From a phage, in assembly GCA_024613925.1 (NCBI GenBank), contig GCA_024613925.1_4713.1: a stretch of DNA of 64,000 nucleotides, one strand, 5' to 3'. Position numbers and translations under genes: made by a program. The notes under the pieces were generated by a model. The model did no database searches. It was not told the DNA's origin and saw nothing but the letters and a program-made list of their open reading frames with translations. This document shows positions 58,494-64,000 of this stretch, piece after piece; position 1 is the first letter of the stretch, and the number at the start of each line of letters is the position of its first letter.

Positions 58494-58949
58494 TCACTTT
58501 ATATTGAACGCTTTTCGCAACGCATTAAGAACTAAATTAATTTCTTGCGCTTGTAACTTTAATCCCTGTGCTGAGCCATCAAACCCAAGCCAACGCCATA
58601 CAAGGCATTTTACAGGTTTGTTGTTATCGTCGATACTATATGTGATCTCCAGTGTACTTTGATACGCGTAGTCACCATGTGTTTTCAGCGACTGATTGAA
58701 ATAAATATCAAATGCTTCTTCTATAGCCTGTTTACCGCGATCGTTACAAACAAACGCGATGTATCCGTCGGAATATCCAACTTCCTCTGGATGTCCTTGG
58801 CAGGAGAAAATACTGATGGCGTCTTGCTGAGCAAGATTGAACACCGTGAAGAAATCACCAAATAAAGGATCGAGATTTAATGCGTTGTTATCGATAAGGT
58901 TCCTTACCGCTTTACGGTATTCTCCCAGACTATTGTTCGCTGTAAACAT
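58494..58949 (-). CDS. hypothetical small protein (151 aa), member of the small-gene array
   Basis: ATG with AAAGGT RBS. Confidence 0.55.
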   Translation of the reverse strand: MFTANNSLGEYRKAVRNLIDNNALNLDPLFGDFFTVFNLAQQDAISIFSCQGHPEEVGYSDGYIAFVCNDRGKQAIEEAFDIYFNQSLKTHGDYAYQSTLEITYSIDDNNKPVKCLVWRWLGFDGSAQGLKLQAQEINLVLNALRKAFNIK

Positions 58950-58959
58950 TCTTTTACCT

Positions 58960-59361
58960 TTAAATATCGTGGATAGCGGTGCCGTTTAGCCAACAATACA
59001 ACTTAATGCGACACGGATAGCGATTCGTAGCCAAGAGCAGTTCGTCGCGTAAACGCTGGTAGATTTCATCCTGGTGTTCACGATCAATTGGGTAATCAGC
59101 CCAACATTCGATCATGACGTCACCATTCGTCAGAATCGTCGTACGCATCCTGTCCTGGATACGGCGGTCTTTCCCGGCATTAGGGAAATACATTCCTTCA
59201 GTACGAATAAGGTCGCCGCAGGGCATGACTAACCATTCGTTCGTTTTGCCGGTATTCTTATAATCCATTACGGCTTGCATTGCGGTGTCAACGCTAAAAG
59301 AAACATAATTCCAAACGGATGTCCAACGATAGATTGCGGGTTGTTCGAGTGTTTCGTTCAT
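58960..59361 (-). CDS. hypothetical small protein (133 aa), member of the small-gene array
   Basis: ORF; upstream hairpin 59417-59448 followed (minus sense) by CTTTATGCCG. Confidence 0.5.
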   Translation of the reverse strand: MNETLEQPAIYRWTSVWNYVSFSVDTAMQAVMDYKNTGKTNEWLVMPCGDLIRTEGMYFPNAGKDRRIQDRMRTTILTNGDVMIECWADYPIDREHQDEIYQRLRDELLLATNRYPCRIKLYCWLNGTAIHDI

Positions 59362-59416
59362 GGAGTGCTTGTCCTATTTTTTATTTTCTGCACAGGATAA
59401 ATTCAACGGCATAAAG

Positions 59417-59448
59417 CCCTTCCCTGCCCTTATATGGGGCGGGAAGAG
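59417..59448. terminator. imperfect GC-rich stem-loop flanked on both strands by TTTATG
   Basis: CCCTTCCCTGCCC-ttatat-GGGGCGGGAAG. Confidence 0.45.
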
Positions 59449-59575
59449 TTTATGACCGCAATGAGAATCTCTCACGACAAGCTCACGACGATTATCGCAT
59501 CACCCCGCGAGTGAGGGAGATCAGGATCACCTCCTACGTCGTAACGACAGCAATCCCGTTACGTCGCCTTAGACG

Positions 59576-60202
59576 TTATGCAAAGCGACGCATGTAACCT
59601 GCCAGATAGTTACGCGTATCGAAGTAGGCAATTTCAGGAATTGCGATATTAAGGTCGATAGCGCGGATTTCAACTTGGCGACGGCTTTCATCATAGATCG
59701 CATCCATCAGACGCAGTACTGTCAGGAAAGCCATGCGTGTATGGTAGTCCAGCGGCATGTTATCGATACCGCGATACAGATAACGGTTTGCATTAAATGC
59801 CCCTTCGCTGTTATCTTTCCAGATCTTCAGAATATCAGCAAAGGCGGTGCGGAAAACCTCAGGATTATCCACATCCAGTAACGCACGGAAAGCAGACATT
59901 AAAGACCGCTGATGACGGATCAACGACTGCGGCGTTTGCGGCATGGTCGGACCCATTTCTTCCGCATATTTCTGGAACGGGGCAACCAGGGTTGCGGCAC
60001 GAGAAGCCACGATAGAAACAGCAGGCGATTCTTTCACCGCTGGTTTCGCAGGCTTTTCTTCAACAACGGTTTCCTTCTTCTCAACAGCGACCGTTTCCGG
60101 CTGTGCTACAACATCACCAACCGGAGCATCTGCAATGGTGGTTTCTACCGCAGTAATCTCCTCGTCCATTTTTGCAGAACGTTGGTCTTTATTCTTGCTC
60201 AT
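59576..60202 (-). CDS. hypothetical protein (208 aa) with a disordered A/P/K/E/V-rich N-terminal region
   Basis: ATG with AAAGGAA RBS. Confidence 0.55.
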   Translation of the reverse strand: MSKNKDQRSAKMDEEITAVETTIADAPVGDVVAQPETVAVEKKETVVEEKPAKPAVKESPAVSIVASRAATLVAPFQKYAEEMGPTMPQTPQSLIRHQRSLMSAFRALLDVDNPEVFRTAFADILKIWKDNSEGAFNANRYLYRGIDNMPLDYHTRMAFLTVLRLMDAIYDESRRQVEIRAIDLNIAIPEIAYFDTRNYLAGYMRRFA

Positions 60203-60227
60203 GTTTATTTCCTTTCATTTAACAAGG

Positions 60228-61529
60228 TTAACTAATATAAAGTTCAGGATCGTAAGGCGCTAACGATACACTGGCGTTATGCATTGCTTTCATCATAGTG
60301 TTCATGAAAACGTTGTTTACACCGGTGATCTCTGCCCCGATCGCATCTGGGGTTGGAGCCATCGCGTTACCGCAACAGGTAGCACAGTATTCCAATGGGC
60401 CTGCTTTACAACGTTGAGGATCACGTAACTTGATGGTCTGTCCTTCCAAGGAAGCGAGTAATTCAGCATCAATAAGTTTAAGCGCCGCGCCGTCGATCAT
60501 GTAACGGCCGACAAGCAGCTTATCTTTGATGTGGTCGCGGTTTACCGTGAACAGAATATGTTCGTGGGTACCGCAGTCGTCCATCGTGATTTTAAGGTTC
60601 TGTGTCGCACGTTGCGATTCTTTCGCCGTCTGTCCAGCTAAAGCGGTCAACGCACCACGTGAGAACGAACCAGCACGTGCGCTGTTGTTGTACTCCGCCC
60701 AATGGTCGACACGCATCCCTTCAGCCAGGCTGTGTGTGATAACGTTACGTTTACCGGGGTCAACGAAGTCGGCTTCAACCCCCATCATGATGTGCGTTTT
60801 CTTTCGAGTATTACCGAAACTCTTGCCTGGGTTAATATAGAACCCTTCCGATTCATCGCCCTTAAAGGATTCCTTATCCATTTTGGTTAACGTGGCTTCG
60901 AGTTTGATCAGTTCTTCAGGCGTGAACTTACCTTCCTCTTGTAAGCGTGCCAACTCTTTATCACGATAGGCAATAATATCATCATCGACCGTTAACGCCT
61001 TATCGCTCATCGATGGGACAATTAAACGGTTGATGGCGGTTAGCGCACTGATATTGTTGGTGAATTTCTTCACTTCGCTTGCGTACAACGGACCAATTGG
61101 ACGTTCGTTAGGATCGGGTATTCCCTCTTCAGGATCGTCCGCTACGCGTGGCGCAATCAGTGACTCCAGTGTACCGCTGGTTAACCGTCCTGCCTGATAT
61201 TCAATCTGAATACCGAAAGCATCATAAAGGACGTACATATTGAACAGAGCTTCGCCGAAGGTTGTGGTGGTTGTGTTCTTAACCGACGGTAGATCGCCAG
61301 GTGCGAGCTCCAATGGCTCCCAGAAACTCAACAAGGGTTTTGTTGGCTCGGTTTCCCACCGGTGTTCTTCACCGTCGATGGTAACCGTAACGACGTTACC
61401 TTGACGACGTAATTTAGGCTGATACTTCTCAGCGCCACCTTCCGTAAAAGCAAATGCGTCGTTAATCCATTCAAGATAACGGTAGTGCCCTTCACGCATC
61501 GCGTAAAGGAAATATTCACGAGGTGTCAT
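60228..61529 (-). CDS. hypothetical protein (433 aa) with Cys-rich C-terminal motif
   Basis: Long ORF; C-terminus contains RCKAGPLEYCATCCGN and, upstream, DDCGTHEH (possible metal site). No confident family assignment. Confidence 0.55.
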   Translation of the reverse strand: MTPREYFLYAMREGHYRYLEWINDAFAFTEGGAEKYQPKLRRQGNVVTVTIDGEEHRWETEPTKPLLSFWEPLELAPGDLPSVKNTTTTTFGEALFNMYVLYDAFGIQIEYQAGRLTSGTLESLIAPRVADDPEEGIPDPNERPIGPLYASEVKKFTNNISALTAINRLIVPSMSDKALTVDDDIIAYRDKELARLQEEGKFTPEELIKLEATLTKMDKESFKGDESEGFYINPGKSFGNTRKKTHIMMGVEADFVDPGKRNVITHSLAEGMRVDHWAEYNNSARAGSFSRGALTALAGQTAKESQRATQNLKITMDDCGTHEHILFTVNRDHIKDKLLVGRYMIDGAALKLIDAELLASLEGQTIKLRDPQRCKAGPLEYCATCCGNAMAPTPDAIGAEITGVNNVFMNTMMKAMHNASVSLAPYDPELYIS

Positions 61530-61542
61530 GTAACAACTCCTT

Positions 61543-62421
61543 TTAAACCCGGGTCAGGTCACCGTGACGTGAAACGAACTCTGATAACGCTCGGGTTGCT
61601 TCTTTGGATTCTTCAGCCATCGGGAAGTTTGCGGTAATAAGTTCTCGTAAGACAGGGACGAGTTCGTTATCTTCGAGATCGGAAGCTAAAGCGAATGCAA
61701 TCAGTTCTTGGGTGTATGCGTACGGTTGCTGACGTAATGCAGCAAGCTGATCCCGACACTGCGCCATCAGCAGGTCCAGTGGAACCGCTATCGTACCCCC
61801 TTCATCAATATACTGGCTGAACACCGGTGGGAACGCATCGCTGATGACACGAATACGTCGACGAATATGATCCGGAATCTGGACGTTTTCCTCGTCGACT
61901 ATGTTCTCGCTGTCTTTCTCCAGCTTCTTGGTCAGTACCTGTTGAATGCGTGGGAGTAAGCTTGAATGTACGAAACCGATTAATGGGGTTACATTCGCAG
62001 CATCAACGCTGTAAATATGATGCACGCATTCCGCCAGCGCTTCAGCTGTGGTGTAGTCTTCATCTTCAACGATAGCAAGTAGAAAAGCGGTATCGTCGTG
62101 TGTTTCCAGGTCTAATAACGTAGACGCTAGCGCATGAAGATATTTCAGGCTATCCAGCGATAGCTGTCCTTCGTTAATTCGGATCCCGAAGGCAAGCAAT
62201 TGTTGTTTATAAAGTTCGATACATCCGTTTGTTAAAATGATGTCTAATTCGTTTAAATCGTATTGTTCCCCAGCACCTGACAACATCGTACTGCAGAACG
62301 TTTCCAGTTGTTCACATTTAAAATCTTGGTATAAACGATGCATGCAGTGCTGTAACAGCGTACGCCTTGTTTCAGGGATCTTACCTTCTAACAAAGCCAA
62401 GACGGAATCAATCATATCCAC
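61543..62421 (-). CDS. hypothetical protein (292 aa)
   Basis: ORF 14 nt downstream of the previous gene on the same strand. Confidence 0.55.
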   Translation of the reverse strand: MDMIDSVLALLEGKIPETRRTLLQHCMHRLYQDFKCEQLETFCSTMLSGAGEQYDLNELDIILTNGCIELYKQQLLAFGIRINEGQLSLDSLKYLHALASTLLDLETHDDTAFLLAIVEDEDYTTAEALAECVHHIYSVDAANVTPLIGFVHSSLLPRIQQVLTKKLEKDSENIVDEENVQIPDHIRRRIRVISDAFPPVFSQYIDEGGTIAVPLDLLMAQCRDQLAALRQQPYAYTQELIAFALASDLEDNELVPVLRELITANFPMAEESKEATRALSEFVSRHGDLTRV

Positions 62422-62511
62422 TCCGATGCGGTAAATGTCTACTAGCTCTCATAATCTATTGAAGAAACTACCAGCTTACGCCAACTTAGATTAATCAGGA
62501 GTAACCATCCC

Positions 62512-62985
62512 ATGCCAGTTTCATCCAAACCAAGAAAAAAATCCGTAGGAAACCCTAAAGCTCAGGAAACAACAGCAATTCGTTGGGACGAGTTACGTGA
62601 ACCTATCGAAAACTGCGAATTGTTATTAGGTACCCTGGGTGCGGCTATTTACCAAGCGACGCAACCCTGTCGTTTACGATTAACCCAAAACAAACGTGAT
62701 GAGTTCGTTGCGTTATCAACAAGCACGAATAAAGATCTGACCGAACTTCAAACCGAGTTGACGACGATCAAGAACTCCATTACGCCGATGTACGGTAAAG
62801 AAGTTGATGAACAAAGTATTCTGTTACAGTACAACTACGGGATGTCGTTAATGAACATCCTGGAACGCGCATCCGATATTCTGCGTCCTGACGTTGCACG
62901 CCTGAGCCAACTGCGTGTCGAAGGGATGGAGAACCAGATCCGATTCGCTAACAGTGTTAAATCTCAAGGAGCCACCGAAGCATGA
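62512..62985 (+). CDS. hypothetical protein (157 aa)
   Basis: ATG with AGGAG RBS; ATGA overlap with the next gene. Confidence 0.55.
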   Translation: MPVSSKPRKKSVGNPKAQETTAIRWDELREPIENCELLLGTLGAAIYQATQPCRLRLTQNKRDEFVALSTSTNKDLTELQTELTTIKNSITPMYGKEVDEQSILLQYNYGMSLMNILERASDILRPDVARLSQLRVEGMENQIRFANSVKSQGATEA

Positions 62986-64000
62986 GCGAACAAGAAAAAG
63001 AAGTCGTGACGAATCAGGAAGCCGTTGAGCGTTCAGAGTCGTCCGCTGAAACAACGATTCCAGCAAGTTCCGATCCTGTTGGTTCCGCACAGCAGGAAAG
63101 TAAAGACGAAGTAAACACTACTAAAGAAGATGTAGTGGCTCCAGAAGCAACCCGTGAAGAAGAACCGTCACATCCGCCGCTGGTCGATTTCTCGAAGGCG
63201 ACGATACGTTTCCAATGCGAAGACATTCGTCCTAAGAGTCCGAAGAAAACAAAACGCCAGCCGCTGGTGTTACCGCTGTATTCTCCACGTGTGCAGACAA
63301 CGTATTACCGGGAATACATCAACGAAGCAATGGATACCGTACAAGCCATTGTCGCTCAACGCGGTAAACCTACAGACGAACAGTTTGATAAATTCAGTAA
63401 AGCGGTGGTACAATCGGTTGCTGATGGACAATACCATCCGCGTGGCCCAGCTCACGATCGCGCGTTGGAACGTAAGGGCAGTCAGTGGACTAACGTACCC
63501 GTAGACTCATCGGGTGTTGGTCGCGTTATTCCTGGCATCCCGCAACCGAACCATATCCCTGATGATGTCGAAGCGCCGCTGACAGGAACCGATGCGATCT
63601 ATTTTGCCATCCGCAATACGAAATCAGGCGCACCTGCGGTAATGCCGTTATGGCATAGCGGTATTAAGCTGCAGTTCAATCCGCCATCAAATGAACGTGT
63701 TGCAATTATGCACGAACGTATTGCACGCGATAAAATCCTGGGTGGACGTGATAGCACCGGTTTCCTGTTTTCGGCAACCTCGATTATCACCATGAAGCAT
63801 GCTATCGAATTAGCGTTAGAATGCTGTTACATGGCCAACGTACCGAACCTGGATATCCAGCGTTTGAAAGACATTATTCCGGTTACCGATGTTCCGGCAT
63901 TGTTGTTGAACGTGCTGGTAACCATGTATCCGTACGGGTATCCTTACGTACAGACCTGCTATCAGAATCCAGAAACCTGCGACTATCGTGTCGAAGACAC
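62982..64000 (+). CDS. hypothetical protein, partial (N-terminal 339 aa; continues past the right edge)
   Basis: ATG 62982 with AAGGAG RBS; frame translated by hand and open to the window end; missing from ORF track because there is no in-window stop. Confidence 0.55.
   Translation, partial: MSEQEKEVVTNQEAVERSESSAETTIPASSDPVGSAQQESKDEVNTTKEDVVAPEATREEEPSHPPLVDFSKATIRFQCEDIRPKSPKKTKRQPLVLPLYSPRVQTTYYREYINEAMDTVQAIVAQRGKPTDEQFDKFSKAVVQSVADGQYHPRGPAHDRALERKGSQWTNVPVDSSGVGRVIPGIPQPNHIPDDVEAPLTGTDAIYFAIRNTKSGAPAVMPLWHSGIKLQFNPPSNERVAIMHERIARDKILGGRDSTGFLFSATSIITMKHAIELALECCYMANVPNLDIQRLKDIIPVTDVPALLLNVLVTMYPYGYPYVQTCYQNPETCDYRVED

Noticed and set aside
4838-59448. Repeated GC-rich palindromes as a possible CRISPR array
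   Set aside because: Copies are tens of kb apart, separated by genes rather than short spacers, not direct repeats of fixed length, and no cas genes are present.

Overview
Dense, almost gap-free coding window (about 60 CDS, mostly on the minus strand, many start/stop overlaps) that reads as part of a large virulent phage genome. By inference it is most consistent with a phiKZ-like jumbo myovirus of a Gram-negative host: a 740-aa strongly codon-biased major-capsid-like gene, five contiguous paralogous head/inner-body-like genes, several 900-1200 aa proteins, and phage-type replication genes. No rRNA, tRNA or CRISPR array was found. Motif-supported calls: (1) a family-B DNA polymerase 3'-5' exonuclease domain (Exo I/II/III) followed directly by an I-HmuI-type HNH homing endonuclease ORF and a group I intron catalytic core (P, Q, R, S elements); (2) a DnaB-family helicase with a non-canonical Walker A (NKS); (3) an HExxH...EFAAD (M48/M56-like) zinc metalloprotease with C-terminal TM helices, embedded in a module with two giant helical proteins. 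Everything else is hypothetical. Non-coding signal is dominated by at least 14 GC-rich stem-loops of one family (consensus CCCTCTCCC-AA-CCC-GTAA-GGG-AA-GGGAGAGGG), usually followed by TTYTATGCYG; the 14-nt core occurs in both orientations inside identical flanks, and three copies sit in a longer ~90-bp repeat. Candidates for undescribed biology: the metalloprotease/giant-protein module, a nine-gene array of small partly paralogous proteins (54456-59361), and the invertible-looking hairpin cassettes. Limits: no homology search or RNA folding could be run; all product calls are motif- or context-based, motif memory may be imperfect, and many ORF-track starts were moved to an internal ATG with a Shine-Dalgarno.
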